Assembly (NCBI GenBank): GCA_030604195.1
Contig: JAUVWI010000001.1
Location: 28,952-92,951 of the forward strand
Source: Spirochaetales bacterium
GTDB lineage: Bacteria; Spirochaetota; Spirochaetia; SZUA-6; DRHE01
DNA: 64,000 nt
Direction of reading: 5' to 3'
This document shows, in pieces, positions 47,006-57,247 of the stretch. Each line of letters opens with the position of its first letter. Positions within the stretch are counted from its first letter, which is position 1. The notes below the pieces were generated by a model. The model searched no databases and was not told the DNA's origin. It worked only from the letters and a program-made list of their open reading frames with translations. A program made the position numbers and the translations under genes.

Positions 47006-47143
47006 GCAGTAATTTCAGATAAAATATTTTAATTATATATGGTATAAGGAGTTACATTTCAGTGATAAGCTTACTGCCGATCTGCATTAATAATGTCTAC
47101 TTTTTAATACATATACCCCGATTCATGTTACAGAAAAGTAGCC

Positions 47144-47506
47144 TTATAGCCCGGGTGAGAGTTCCCGGTAAAGCATCTCGGAGAGTCCGAACCGGGAATT
47201 TTTAGCCATTTTCTTGGCATATTCATCGTACAGCATATCTTCAAACACATCTTCAGCGAAGCCGCCATTCAGCAGCTCACCCTTATTTACTGTTTTCCGC
47301 ATTACATTAAGCATCTGTTTCAGGAATATAGCTTCAAAATCCTGACACGCCTGAAAGAGCTTACTATCTTTATCTATTTTCCCTTCGGAAGGCCCGGAAA
47401 GCCCGGAGACTGCTTTCCGTCCGGCTGCCCCTCTATTTTTAAACTGTCCTGGAATCTGTGATTCATAATTTCTGGAATATAAACTATCGATATTAATGGT
47501 CATCAA
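47144..47506 (-). CDS. flgJ: Single-domain rod-binding FlgJ
   Basis: Motifs ACQDFEAIFLKQMLNVMRKT, FEDMLYDEYA, GLSEMLYREL. Confidence 0.92.
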   Translation of the reverse strand: MMTINIDSLYSRNYESQIPGQFKNRGAAGRKAVSGLSGPSEGKIDKDSKLFQACQDFEAIFLKQMLNVMRKTVNKGELLNGGFAEDVFEDMLYDEYAKKMAKNSRFGLSEMLYRELSPGL

Positions 47507-47513
47507 TCCTCCC

Positions 47514-48551
47514 TTACATGATTATCAGCTCACCGTAAAGAGCGCCGGCCCTGTCGATGGCTTTTAAAATGCCGATTATAGTCTCAGTCTTTAAACCAAC
47601 TTCAGCAAGAGCGGAAATAAGATCATCTACCGTTGAGGTCTCCTCGAGAATAAAATTTTCTTCAGCCTCTTCCCCATCCTGTAAATTAAAATTCCCAGCT
47701 ACCGAAACCTGCACCCTTTTATAGGAAACAGCAACACGCCCAATGCGTACCTGTTCACCCATAATGATTATTCCTGAAGCCGCGTCAATCACCACTTTGC
47801 CTGAAGATCCCGGGATCACAGTCAGTGACTCCAGTTCAGCAACAAAGGCTACAGGGTCACTGCGGCGCTCGGCCGGGATCTGCACCTCGATGAGTGAAGC
47901 ATCAACCGGATTTACCTTCACATTGGGGAAAGCCCCGCTGATGGCCTCGGAAACACCGTGAGCAGTAATAAAATCAGGATTCCTTAGAACCAGGGAGATC
48001 GTGCCTTGAGTGAGAAAGTCGGATAGAACCTCTTTTTCCACAATGCCCCCCAGGGGGATGGAACCAACAGTTTTAACAGAGCCGCTGTTCCGTGGCGTAA
48101 GAATATTCCCCTGTGCCAGGGCATAAACCACGCCGTTAGCTCCTTTAAGTTGTGACTGCAGCAGCACTCCTCCCTCCAGGCTGCGGGCATCACCAATACT
48201 GGATACCGTTAAATTTATCCGGTCACCGGGTCTGATAAAGGGGGGTATCTCGCAGCTAATTACTACTACAGCACAGTTTCTGCTCTTGATTTCCCGTTGA
48301 TCGATCTCCAATCCCAGGTTAGCAACCAGGTTGGCAAGGGAATTTTTCAATAACACCGAAGAAGAGGAATCCCCCTTGCCGGCAAGACCGGTTGCCAGGC
48401 CTATACCCAGAAGCTGATTATTACGCACACCGGAGAGATAGGCTATATCTTTTAAGCGTACCCCCGGTGCAGCAGCAACTGCTGAAATTATATAAAAAAG
48501 TAGCAGACAAAAAAGAGCCCTAAATTGACCTTTAAGGAATCTCAACCTCAA
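47514..48551 (-). CDS. flgI: Flagellar P-ring protein
   Basis: Motifs RLKDIA, NQLLGIGLATGLAGKGD, SSIGDARSLEGG, AQG, PDFITA. Confidence 0.95.
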   Translation of the reverse strand: MRLRFLKGQFRALFCLLLFYIISAVAAAPGVRLKDIAYLSGVRNNQLLGIGLATGLAGKGDSSSSVLLKNSLANLVANLGLEIDQREIKSRNCAVVVISCEIPPFIRPGDRINLTVSSIGDARSLEGGVLLQSQLKGANGVVYALAQGNILTPRNSGSVKTVGSIPLGGIVEKEVLSDFLTQGTISLVLRNPDFITAHGVSEAISGAFPNVKVNPVDASLIEVQIPAERRSDPVAFVAELESLTVIPGSSGKVVIDAASGIIIMGEQVRIGRVAVSYKRVQVSVAGNFNLQDGEEAEENFILEETSTVDDLISALAEVGLKTETIIGILKAIDRAGALYGELIIM

Positions 48552-49539
48552 CCTCCTTTTCGCCTGTTACCAATGCTGAAAAGCGCTTGCCTGTTGATAA
48601 AGGCGATACATAAATGGTGCTGCCCCGCGTTCCGGAAGCCTGGGCCCTGCCTGCCATGGTTATGATTATCCCTCTCTTCCTAAAAAGGATCTTAACCGGA
48701 TCCCCGGCCCTTACCATGGGCAGGGCGGATAAGTTTCTCTTCATTATCGGCGCATCCCTCTGTACCCTGCTCCGGATTTTGAAATCTTTTACATACTCTC
48801 CCTGGACCAGGGGTTCGCCTGAGTAAAGAGAAATGTCTCTCTCCTTATATTTAAGCAAGTAATCCTGCAATTTTGCCCCGGCTTTCAGCTCATAAGCTCC
48901 ATGGGCCACAGGCATAAAGTGATGAACCCAGATCAGGATACTCTTCTCCTGAACAGAGGCTGCTTCCCGATATAAGATCTTCAGCTTGCCGCTGAGATAG
49001 CTGTTATTGCTATCTGGAGGCGCCATACGGAAAAAGAGCGGCTGTGCGGGGAGCGCGGTGGAAGGTGCGGGGAGCACATTGGGCTCAGAGAACACGGGAA
49101 GCGCATTGATCTCAGAAAGAAAAACCGGATCTGCCGCTCCTGAGAGTATCTCTATTTCCATTCTCCCCTCTTTGTAGTAATCAGAGGATTCTATAAAGGC
49201 GGCAAGCTCACGGTAAAACCAGAGCTCTTCCTCCGGAATACTATCAGCGGGCAGCAGAACCACTCTGCTGCCGATCAAAGAAAGCTCACTGCCGATTTTA
49301 CGCTCAATAAGCGCCCTGATCTCCTGCACCGGCAGCAGGGTAATATGTTCCGGCCCCGGGCCGAGCTCAATCCCGGCAATTTCAGCACCTACCGCAGGGT
49401 CCCGGGCCACAACCGAGGCTATCTGTGCCAATTTAACCACCGGCGTTTCTACCCGTACCAGCCGCTTAAGATAGACCTCTACACCCGAAAGCGCAGAGGC
49501 TGAAAAAAGCAATAATATTGAAAAGAAAAAGCGAATCAT
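48532..49539 (-). CDS. flgA: Flagellar P-ring chaperone FlgA
   Basis: C-terminal MVRAGDPVKI...GRAQASGTRGSTIYV...STGKRFSALVTG; lies between flgG and flgI. Confidence 0.85.
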   Translation of the reverse strand: MIRFFFSILLLFSASALSGVEVYLKRLVRVETPVVKLAQIASVVARDPAVGAEIAGIELGPGPEHITLLPVQEIRALIERKIGSELSLIGSRVVLLPADSIPEEELWFYRELAAFIESSDYYKEGRMEIEILSGAADPVFLSEINALPVFSEPNVLPAPSTALPAQPLFFRMAPPDSNNSYLSGKLKILYREAASVQEKSILIWVHHFMPVAHGAYELKAGAKLQDYLLKYKERDISLYSGEPLVQGEYVKDFKIRSRVQRDAPIMKRNLSALPMVRAGDPVKILFRKRGIIITMAGRAQASGTRGSTIYVSPLSTGKRFSALVTGEKEVEVEIP

Positions 49540-50330
49540 CGCTTGAGCGAATTAGCGGTAGCCAGCATGGAATCAGTGGTCTGGATAGCCTTGGAGTTAA
49601 GCTCATAAGCGCGCTGCGCCACAATCATATTCACCATCTCATTAACTACGGATACATTGGACATCTCCAGGAACTTCTGGATTATCTTACCCATGCCGTC
49701 AAAACCCGGACGCCCGGCTATTACCTCACCGGTGGCATTGGTAACTTTGAAGAGATTCTCACCAATCGCCTGAAGTCCGGTCGGATTAATAAAGCGGTAG
49801 ATCTCAATCTGCCCGACCTCAATAGGATCATCATTACCGGCTACCTTTACCGTAACCCGGCCATCCTGGGAAATAGTAAGGCTTTCGCGAATAAAACCCT
49901 CCGGCAGAATTAACTCAGGCAGAAAGCGGTAGCCATTCGAATTTACCACCTGCCCCTCGGCATCTATTTTGAAAGAACCATCACGGGTATAGGCGTAACT
50001 GCCGTCATAGAGAAGAACCCGGAAAAAGCCCTCTCCTTCAATTGCCAGGTCGCTCACATTACCAGTGTTCTGCAGCGAGCCCTGAATAAAAATCTTTTGT
50101 GTGGCTGCCGGGCGCACACCGTGACCCACCTGGATACCGGTGGGTACCAGGGTTACCTCTGTAGCCGGGGTGCCGGCCACCCGCAGGGTCTGATACAGCA
50201 GGTCTTCAAAATCCGGACGGTTCTTTTTAAAGCCTGTCGTATTTACATTAGCTAAGTTATTAGAAATTGTATCTATATTAAACTGCTGAGCCGTCATACC
50301 CGAGGCTGCAGTCCATAATGATCGCATCAT
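49536..50330 (-). CDS. flgG: Flagellar distal rod protein
   Basis: Motifs SLWTAASGM, SNNLANVNTTGFK, FEDLLYQ, YTRDGSF, LEMSNVSVVNEMV. Confidence 0.97.
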   Translation of the reverse strand: MMRSLWTAASGMTAQQFNIDTISNNLANVNTTGFKKNRPDFEDLLYQTLRVAGTPATEVTLVPTGIQVGHGVRPAATQKIFIQGSLQNTGNVSDLAIEGEGFFRVLLYDGSYAYTRDGSFKIDAEGQVVNSNGYRFLPELILPEGFIRESLTISQDGRVTVKVAGNDDPIEVGQIEIYRFINPTGLQAIGENLFKVTNATGEVIAGRPGFDGMGKIIQKFLEMSNVSVVNEMVNMIVAQRAYELNSKAIQTTDSMLATANSLKR

Positions 50331-50375
50331 TTTTTTAGAAACCTCCTATAGTTTTCCAGCATATAACTTCACAAG

Positions 50376-51224
50376 CTATACCTTTACCGCATCATTTATC
50401 AGCCTGCTCAGAAGACTGTCTTCGCTCTGGATAAGCTTCTGGTTGGCTTCATAACTCCGGTGGACTTCGATCATACGCACCATCTCGGTTACCGGATTAA
50501 CATTAGAACCCTCTAAAAACCCCTGGCGTATGCGGGGACGTTTCCCCGTAGCGGCTATCTCGGCAGCACCGGATTCCTCAGTCGAACGCCAGAAAGAATT
50601 TCCAACCTTTTTCAGATAGCGTTTACGCTGGAAATCAACAAGCCGCAGGCGGTCTACCCGCTCCAGATTTTCCCACTCATTTTCCTCAAGAGAGACCAGG
50701 CGGCTATCATCTTCGGCAAAGGTGGAATTCTGGTAGATCACGCCATCCTGATCAATAACAAAATTGTGCTTCTTAATCTTGATCGGTCCATTTTCACCAA
50801 GTACAAATTCGCCGTTTTTTGTTACCAGAAAACTCTGTTCATTGATCAAAAAAGAACCGTTTCTTGTATAGCGTTCACCTGCCGGAGTATCTACAGCAAA
50901 AAAACCCTCTCCCTCCAGGGCCAGATCAAAGGGGTTTTCCGTCTGCTGCAGCCCTCCCTGGGTGAATACGGTAAATACCTCATTCAATTCCGTACCAGTG
51001 CCCACTGTTCCCACAATCGGTGTTGTATCAACCGAACCCAGAGGGAACTTATAAACCCCGTTATCATTCATGCGTCTTAGCAGCAGCTCAGGAAAGGCTT
51101 TATGAATAGCGGTATCCCGTTTGTAGCCGGTAAGGCCAACATTTGCCAGATTATTGGAAATGGAATCCATGCGGTGCATTTGAGCAACCATTCCGCTTGC
51201 CGCTGTATATATACCTCTTATCAA
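50376..51224 (-). CDS. flgF: Flagellar rod protein FlgF (FlhO-type)
   Basis: Motifs RGIYTAASGM, SNNLANV, YTRNGSF, LEGSNVNPVTEMV. TTG start after GAGGAGG. Confidence 0.88.
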   Translation of the reverse strand: MIRGIYTAASGMVAQMHRMDSISNNLANVGLTGYKRDTAIHKAFPELLLRRMNDNGVYKFPLGSVDTTPIVGTVGTGTELNEVFTVFTQGGLQQTENPFDLALEGEGFFAVDTPAGERYTRNGSFLINEQSFLVTKNGEFVLGENGPIKIKKHNFVIDQDGVIYQNSTFAEDDSRLVSLEENEWENLERVDRLRLVDFQRKRYLKKVGNSFWRSTEESGAAEIAATGKRPRIRQGFLEGSNVNPVTEMVRMIEVHRSYEANQKLIQSEDSLLSRLINDAVKV

Positions 51225-51326
51225 TTACTTCCTCCTCAAAGTTCTCCCTAACCTTTATTATCGGAGCAGCAGAAAAATCCTTACTTGATTTTTTTAATTT
51301 GCTCTTATACTCTCCGGAGTTAGAGA

Positions 51327-51398
51327 GCCAGAATAGCTCAGTGGTAGAGCAGCTCACTCGTAATGAGCAGGTCGCGGGTTCAAGTCCCACTTCTGGCT
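51327..51398 (+). tRNA. tRNA-Thr(CGT)
   Basis: Cloverleaf GCCAGAA-TAGCTCAGTGGTAGAGC-A-GCTCA-CTCGTAA-TGAGC...GGTTCAAGT...TTCTGGC-T. Confidence 0.95.
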
Positions 51399-51409
51399 TA
51401 AATAGAACC

Positions 51410-52261
51410 ATGGCTTCTCTGGCTGAATACCTTGATAACTGCTGTATATGCCCTAATTTCTGCCGGGTCAATAGAAACGCCGGAGAAAGGGGGAAATGCC
51501 GCACAGGCGCGGACATAGTGATCTCTGCCGCAAATCTCCACTTCGGCGAAGAGGCAGTGCTGGTGGGTTCAGGCGGTTCGGGCACGATCTTCTTTACCGC
51601 CTGTAACCTGGCCTGTGTCTACTGCCAGAATTTCGATATCAGCCAGCTTGACCGGGGGAAAGAGATATCAGCGGCTAAACTCCTCATGATAATGTTCTCC
51701 CTGCAGGATAGGGGGGCCGAGAATATCAACCTGGTTTCGCCGACCCACCAGGCGCCGCAGATTTTTGAAGTAGTCAAGGAGGCCCGCTCCAAAGGTCTGA
51801 CCATTCCAATTGTCTATAACTGCGGCGGTTATGAGAACCCGGAATTCCTCAAAGCACTCGATGGCCTGGTGGATATCTATATGCCTGATTTCAAGTATGG
51901 ATCCGACCGGAATGGCGAAGTTTATTCCAAAATAGAGAACTATTCCCGCTGCTGCCGGGAGTCTATAATTGAAATGCACCGTCAGGTGGGCAACCTGGTT
52001 ATGGACGGGAGCAATATAGCCCGCAGGGGCCTGCTGATACGCCACCTGGTGCTGCCCAATAAAATTGCTGATTCCAGGGAGGTAATCGATTTTATCGTAA
52101 ACCGGATATCACCACAGACATATCTCAATATTATGGATCAATATCATCCCGTCTACCGGGCGGGCCAATACCGGCAGCTTAAACGCCGGGTTTTTCGTTA
52201 CGAAGTCGATGAGATTATAGACTATGCGCTGAAGCGGGGCTTAAAAAGAGTCATTCATTAA
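51410..52261 (+). CDS. PflX-like radical SAM protein
   Basis: Motifs CCICPNFCRVNR, HFGEE, GSGTIFFTACNLACVYCQN, DIYMPDFKY, IRHLVLP. True start at ATG 51410, after the tRNA. Confidence 0.9.
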   Translation: MASLAEYLDNCCICPNFCRVNRNAGERGKCRTGADIVISAANLHFGEEAVLVGSGGSGTIFFTACNLACVYCQNFDISQLDRGKEISAAKLLMIMFSLQDRGAENINLVSPTHQAPQIFEVVKEARSKGLTIPIVYNCGGYENPEFLKALDGLVDIYMPDFKYGSDRNGEVYSKIENYSRCCRESIIEMHRQVGNLVMDGSNIARRGLLIRHLVLPNKIADSREVIDFIVNRISPQTYLNIMDQYHPVYRAGQYRQLKRRVFRYEVDEIIDYALKRGLKRVIH

Positions 52262-52367
52262 TTTTTTTCCATAAATAGTGAATAATCCTGTTTTTACTCT
52301 AAATTTTTGCTTGACAAGTTCGTGATTGAGTTATAAGAATTCCCTATTAACTTTAAGGAGGCAGAAT

Positions 52368-53624
52368 ATGCCAAAAAGAAAAAAGCTTCTTGTGTTTGCG
52401 ATGATCGTAATCCTTGTTTTTTCAGCCTCTCTTATCTGGGCGGGAGGCGCCAAAGAAAAACCTCCGGTGAAGATTGGTTGCTTGATTCCCCTGACCGGTC
52501 CTCTTGCCGAGTTCGGACAGGGTTATAGAAAGGCAGGCGATATGCTCGAGAAACAGTTCGAAGAGGCGGGCTTCCCCATAGCGCTGAAATACGGCGACAC
52601 GGAAACCAGCGCCATTCCCGGCGTGGAAGCGGCCCGTACCCTGGTGGACATCGAGAGGGTTAAGGTGCTGATCGGAGCAGCTTCAAGCGGTGTCACCCTG
52701 CCGATTGCGCAAACCGTGTCCATCCCCAAACAGGTGGCCCAGATTTCCAATGCTTCCACCTCTCCTCTATTGAGCGTCCTCCCCGCGGATGAGGGCAAGG
52801 ATTTCCTTTTCCGGACCTGTCCATCCGATGCCCTTCAGGGTGTTATCCTTGGCAAGCTGGCAGCTGATAAGGGCTATAAAAAGGCCGCAGTATTTTGGGT
52901 CAACAATGCCTATGGCCAGGGTTTGATGGAGGAGTTCAAAGCATCCTTCGAGAGCCACGGCGGTAAGCTGGTTGGATCGGTTCCTCACGATGAGAAGCCG
53001 GCGCCAACCTACGTCGCCGAACTCAAGAAAATTATGCAGTCAGAGCCCGATGTGATGTTGGCTTTAGGCTACCCTGGACAGGCCACCGTCTACCTGAAAG
53101 AGTTTTTTGAAGCCGGCTACAATAAAAATGTCGATCTGCTCTTTTGCGACGGCACCAAGTCCGTACAAATGCCCGAGGCGCTCGGAGCCAAAAACCTGGC
53201 CGGTTTCGTAGGCACCGCTCCCGGCAGCGTGGCCGGCGCTTCATTGGATAATTTCGAAGCTGCTTACAAGGCCATGCATGGTAATCTGCCGGACCAGCCC
53301 TTTACGTCGAACTTCCACGACGGCATTTTTGTTGCCGCTCTGGCAGCAGCAGCCTGCGATGCTGCGGGCAAAGACATGACCCCGATTAACATCAGGGATA
53401 TGCTCCGTGAGGTGGCAAATCCACCGGGTGAGGTAGTCGTTGCCGGAGTTGACGGCATCAAGAAAGCTCTGGAACTGCTCAAAGCAGGGAAGGCCATTAA
53501 CTATGAAGGCGCAGCCGGCTCAGTGGACTTTGATAAAAACGGCGACGTGGTGACCCCGATCGAGGTCTGGCAGTATATTGAAAAAGAGCCTTACACAGAA
53601 AAGATTCGTTTAGAGACTCCATAG
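52368..53624 (+). CDS. ABC transporter substrate-binding protein (Liv/Nat type)
   Basis: Motifs IGCLIPLTGPLA, GAASSGVT, FLFRTCPSDALQG, INYEGAAGSVDFDKNGD. Start after AAGGAGG. Confidence 0.9.
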   Translation: MPKRKKLLVFAMIVILVFSASLIWAGGAKEKPPVKIGCLIPLTGPLAEFGQGYRKAGDMLEKQFEEAGFPIALKYGDTETSAIPGVEAARTLVDIERVKVLIGAASSGVTLPIAQTVSIPKQVAQISNASTSPLLSVLPADEGKDFLFRTCPSDALQGVILGKLAADKGYKKAAVFWVNNAYGQGLMEEFKASFESHGGKLVGSVPHDEKPAPTYVAELKKIMQSEPDVMLALGYPGQATVYLKEFFEAGYNKNVDLLFCDGTKSVQMPEALGAKNLAGFVGTAPGSVAGASLDNFEAAYKAMHGNLPDQPFTSNFHDGIFVAALAAAACDAAGKDMTPINIRDMLREVANPPGEVVVAGVDGIKKALELLKAGKAINYEGAAGSVDFDKNGDVVTPIEVWQYIEKEPYTEKIRLETP

Positions 53625-53647
53625 CACTGCTTCCTGAAGACAGAAAG

Positions 53648-53686
53648 AAAAGGCCGATCACTCATCAGAGTGACCGGCCTTTTTTT
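53648..53686. terminator. Bidirectional terminator between convergent transporter genes
   Basis: AAAAGGCCGATCACTC-atca-GAGTGACCGGCCTTTTTTT. Confidence 0.85.
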
Positions 53687-53699
53687 AAGGAATATGAAC

Positions 53700-54671
53700 C
53701 TAAAACTTGGACACCTGGCGCTCTTCACTGATAACACCCTTGGGCTTTTTCAGCAAAATTAATATTAAAAGAAGGCCGATAAGCACGTATCTGATATAGG
53801 GGGCCCGGGTTTGAAAAACCGGGGGTACTACTTTCAAGATTACAAAGGTACTCCACGACCATAGTGCCCATACAATGAAGGCTCCGGCGATAGATCCTTT
53901 GTTGTTCCCCGTGCCTCCCAGGGTGACCATTACCCAGATAATAAAGGTTCCGAAAAGGGGTTCAAAAGCGCTGGGCTGGATAGCAGCCGAGAAATGGGCA
54001 TAGAGGGCGCCCCCAACTCCCATTATAAATGCCCCCAGCATCAGGGATTGAAGCTTGAAATAGAAAACGTTCTTGCCGTCCGCTCCGGACATGATCTCAT
54101 CCTCCCTGATGGCCCGCAGAACCCTGCCCCAGGGGGAGCGGATCCCCTTCTCCAGGGCGATGTAGATTACAGCCAGGAAGATAAGCACGATTACCAGATA
54201 GACGTAGTTATAGTAAGCGGGCGGCACCAGATTGTGCAGTGGCTGTGGAAGGCCGACCAACCCCTGGGGCCCATTGGCCAGCCAGCGCTCATTGTTAAAA
54301 AACATGCGGATGGTCTCGGCAATACCGATGGTTGATATAGCCAGATATCCCTCACCCAGCCTCAAGGTTAGCATACCTATCAACAACCCGAGAATGGCAC
54401 AGACCAGGCCTGCTGCGAAAACTCCTACCAGAAAAGGGGCGTTAAAGCCAAAGGCCTGGTGTACATAATTAGCCAGCACACCTGTAGGCAGGGGAGAGGT
54501 AACCAGTGCAGTTACGTAAGCCCCGACACAAAAAAAGCCGGCTACACCAAAATTTATCATCCCGGTGTGGCCCCAGTGTACATTGAGCCCCATGGTTAAA
54601 ATTGCATAAATCGATGCCATGACCGCAAATGAGATAAGAAAGCTTAAGATTCCGCCAATTGCTGTACCCAT
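53700..54671 (-). CDS. Branched-chain/neutral amino acid ABC permease (LivM-like)
   Basis: Motifs YLAISTIGIAE, SPWGRVLRAIREDE, LGGTGNNKG. Confidence 0.92.
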   Translation of the reverse strand: MGTAIGGILSFLISFAVMASIYAILTMGLNVHWGHTGMINFGVAGFFCVGAYVTALVTSPLPTGVLANYVHQAFGFNAPFLVGVFAAGLVCAILGLLIGMLTLRLGEGYLAISTIGIAETIRMFFNNERWLANGPQGLVGLPQPLHNLVPPAYYNYVYLVIVLIFLAVIYIALEKGIRSPWGRVLRAIREDEIMSGADGKNVFYFKLQSLMLGAFIMGVGGALYAHFSAAIQPSAFEPLFGTFIIWVMVTLGGTGNNKGSIAGAFIVWALWSWSTFVILKVVPPVFQTRAPYIRYVLIGLLLILILLKKPKGVISEERQVSKF

Positions 54672-55579
54672 TATTCCCTCCTCTTTCCAAAAATTCCCAC
54701 GGGTCTGAAAAGCAGAACCAGGATCATAATGATGAAAGCCACGGCCGGTTTATAGGTGGGGACCAACCAGGCCGTGGAAACCTGCTGGGCTATGCCCAGC
54801 ACCAATCCGCCGGTAAGAGCGCCGATAATGCTCCCCTGCCCGCCCAGGATTACCGCGGCAAAGAGGGACATCAGAAAGATCCAGCCCATTTCAGGACGCA
54901 ATTGCGTCTCGATGCCGTAGAGAATGCCGGCAATCGCAATCAGAGCGCCTGCAATCCCCCAGGCCCATACCAACATTCGTTCCGTTCTAATACCTGAAAC
55001 CCGGGCCAGATCAGGGTTATCGGAGAGGGCCCGCAGGGCCTTGCCCATCTTTGCTTTTTGCATAAAGATGTACACTGCGGCCGACGCTGCCAGGGCAATC
55101 AATACAATAAATATTTCATCTGTCCTGAGTTTTATACCCAGCGGCAGAAAAAGCATGGGGCGTAAACCCTGGGCGTAAAAGTGAAAGTCAGCCCCCCAGA
55201 TGATATAGACCATTCCGCGTAGCACCCAGGCCACCCCAATGGTGGCAATGAAACCGACAATGGGATGAACCCCTGCCTTGCGCAGCGGCTTAAGAACCCA
55301 CCTGTCCATGAGTATAGCCAGGCCCACGGAAAAGAGGATTGCAGGGATAAAGGCCAGCAGCACACCCCAGGAAAAAGAAAAGGGGCCCACAGTCCCCTGA
55401 AATATTTTTATCTTTGAAAACATCACCACAAACAGCAGGGCCACGTAAGCACCTACGGTCATTTGATCGCCGTGAGCACAGTTAAAGACACCCGTTATTC
55501 CCCAGATTAAGGTAAGTCCGATACTGGCAACGGCAATAATGCTGCCCAAAACGATTCCGTAAACAATCAGCTCAACCAT
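54671..55579 (-). CDS. Branched-chain/neutral amino acid ABC permease (LivH-like)
   Basis: Motifs NCAHGD, GKALRALSDNPDLARVSGI, FAAVILGG. Confidence 0.92.
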   Translation of the reverse strand: MVELIVYGIVLGSIIAVASIGLTLIWGITGVFNCAHGDQMTVGAYVALLFVVMFSKIKIFQGTVGPFSFSWGVLLAFIPAILFSVGLAILMDRWVLKPLRKAGVHPIVGFIATIGVAWVLRGMVYIIWGADFHFYAQGLRPMLFLPLGIKLRTDEIFIVLIALAASAAVYIFMQKAKMGKALRALSDNPDLARVSGIRTERMLVWAWGIAGALIAIAGILYGIETQLRPEMGWIFLMSLFAAVILGGQGSIIGALTGGLVLGIAQQVSTAWLVPTYKPAVAFIIMILVLLFRPVGIFGKRRE

Positions 55580-55580
55580 T

Positions 55581-56282
55581 TTACCTCCCTAGATAGAGTT
55601 TTCCTATTTCTTTGTCTGCTAACAGCTCTTTCGAGCTGCCCTCTGCTTTCTTCTCGCCGCCTTCCATGATGTAGGATTTATAGGAACATTGCAGCACCTG
55701 AGTGTTCTGTTCCACCAGCAACACCGTAACCCCCTGCTTATTCAGTTCCTTAATCTTTTCAAACATATGGTCCACCAGGAAAGGGGCCAGCCCTGTTGAG
55801 GGCTCGTCCAGGAGGAGGAGCTCGGGATTCAGCATCAGGGCCCTGCCTATTGCCAGCATCTGACGCATGCCGCCGCTTAAAAACCCTGCCTTGTCATGCT
55901 TGCGATCGATCAGGTCGGGGAAGAGCTCATAGATCTCCTCTGCACGAGGCTGCCAATCATCCTCCCTGATAAATGCTCCCATCTCCAGGTTCTCATGTAT
56001 GGTAAGGGAGTCAAAGACATTATTTTCCTGGGGCACATAGCACATCCCTATCCGCGCGATTTCCTCAGGATGTGAGCCGGTAATATCCTGCCCTTTAAAA
56101 ATGATCTTACCCTTACCGGGAGTTACTTCGCCAAAGATCGTTCTCAAGAGGGTGGTTTTACCTGCCCCGTTCGGGCCCAGCACAGAGACGATCTGCTTCT
56201 CCTCCACATCCAGGGAAATATCGTGCAGTACCTCCATACTTCCGTAGCCGGATACTACATTCTTTACTTCTAAGATAGTCAT
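55581..56282 (-). CDS. ABC ATPase (LivF-like)
   Basis: Motifs [27 protein letters not shown]. Confidence 0.94.
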   Translation of the reverse strand: MTILEVKNVVSGYGSMEVLHDISLDVEEKQIVSVLGPNGAGKTTLLRTIFGEVTPGKGKIIFKGQDITGSHPEEIARIGMCYVPQENNVFDSLTIHENLEMGAFIREDDWQPRAEEIYELFPDLIDRKHDKAGFLSGGMRQMLAIGRALMLNPELLLLDEPSTGLAPFLVDHMFEKIKELNKQGVTVLLVEQNTQVLQCSYKSYIMEGGEKKAEGSSKELLADKEIGKLYLGR

Positions 56283-57064
56283 GCGCCGGTACCTCCAAGA
56301 TAGACTTCTAATACTTTCGGGTCGCTGCCGACCTCTTCGGGGGTGCCCTCGGTCAACTTCTTGCCCCTGTCCATCACCACTATGGGGTTACAGATATCCA
56401 TTATCAGCTCCATCTCGTGGCCGATAAGCAGGACAGTCACCCCTTTTTCCTTGACTAACTGCCGGATACGGTCCGCCAGGGTGCGCCTCTCCGAGGGGTT
56501 GACCCCGGCTCCGGGTTCATCGAAGAGAATAAGCTCCGGGCCGGCCATCATGGCACGGGCCAATTCCAACAACCGCTTCTGTCCGCCGGAGAGGTTGCCG
56601 GCGTATTCATCCTTCAGATGGATGAGCTCGGTTAATTCGAGACTCTCCAGGGCTTTCTCCCGGATCTCTTTTTCCTGCTTCTTTACCAGTCGCGGAAAGA
56701 ACCAGGTCCGCCACAGCTTCTCCCCCTCCTGTTTCGGAGGCACGAGCATGAGGTTTTCCAGGACCGTCATGAGTTTGAGTTCCCTGCTTATCTGAAAGGT
56801 GCGGCATAGCCCTTTTAGGAAAGTCTGGTGCAGGGCGAGATTGTCGATTCTCTCGCCCTTAAAGTAGATCTCCCCTGAATCCACTGTTCGGGTACCGGAA
56901 ATCAGGTTGAATACGGTAGTCTTACCGGCGCCATTGGGACCAATAAGACCGGTAATGCCGTGGGCGGCAACATCGAAGGAAACATCATCCACGGCTTTGA
57001 GGCCACCGTAATACTTACGCAAATTGCGCAATGAAAGAATGGAAGTATCCTTTTTCTGGTTCAA
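56279..57064 (-). CDS. ABC ATPase (LivG-like)
   Basis: Motifs [32 protein letters not shown]. Confidence 0.94.
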   Translation of the reverse strand: MNQKKDTSILSLRNLRKYYGGLKAVDDVSFDVAAHGITGLIGPNGAGKTTVFNLISGTRTVDSGEIYFKGERIDNLALHQTFLKGLCRTFQISRELKLMTVLENLMLVPPKQEGEKLWRTWFFPRLVKKQEKEIREKALESLELTELIHLKDEYAGNLSGGQKRLLELARAMMAGPELILFDEPGAGVNPSERRTLADRIRQLVKEKGVTVLLIGHEMELIMDICNPIVVMDRGKKLTEGTPEEVGSDPKVLEVYLGGTGA

Positions 57065-57247
57065 TTATCCATCTCCTTACAAGCCTTTTGCTTGGCATTA
57101 GATTTTTAAAAAAATTATATAATCAAGCAAGCAACAGGTCAAGAAAATTTTCACAATTGGGACAAAATTCTCGAAAAAAAATAATCAGCGTAAATGGCTT
57201 TAAATTCTGTATAGACAGGCTATGATGCATCCAGTTATAAATACACA

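Noticed and set aside
27941-51398. tRNA-anchored genomic islands
   Set aside because: No integrase or transposase, and I saw no duplicated tRNA 3' end near any of the three tRNAs.
51143-51409. Apparent 89-aa N-terminal extension of the radical SAM ORF
   Set aside because: It reads through the flgF start region and tRNA-Thr. The real start is ATG 51410.
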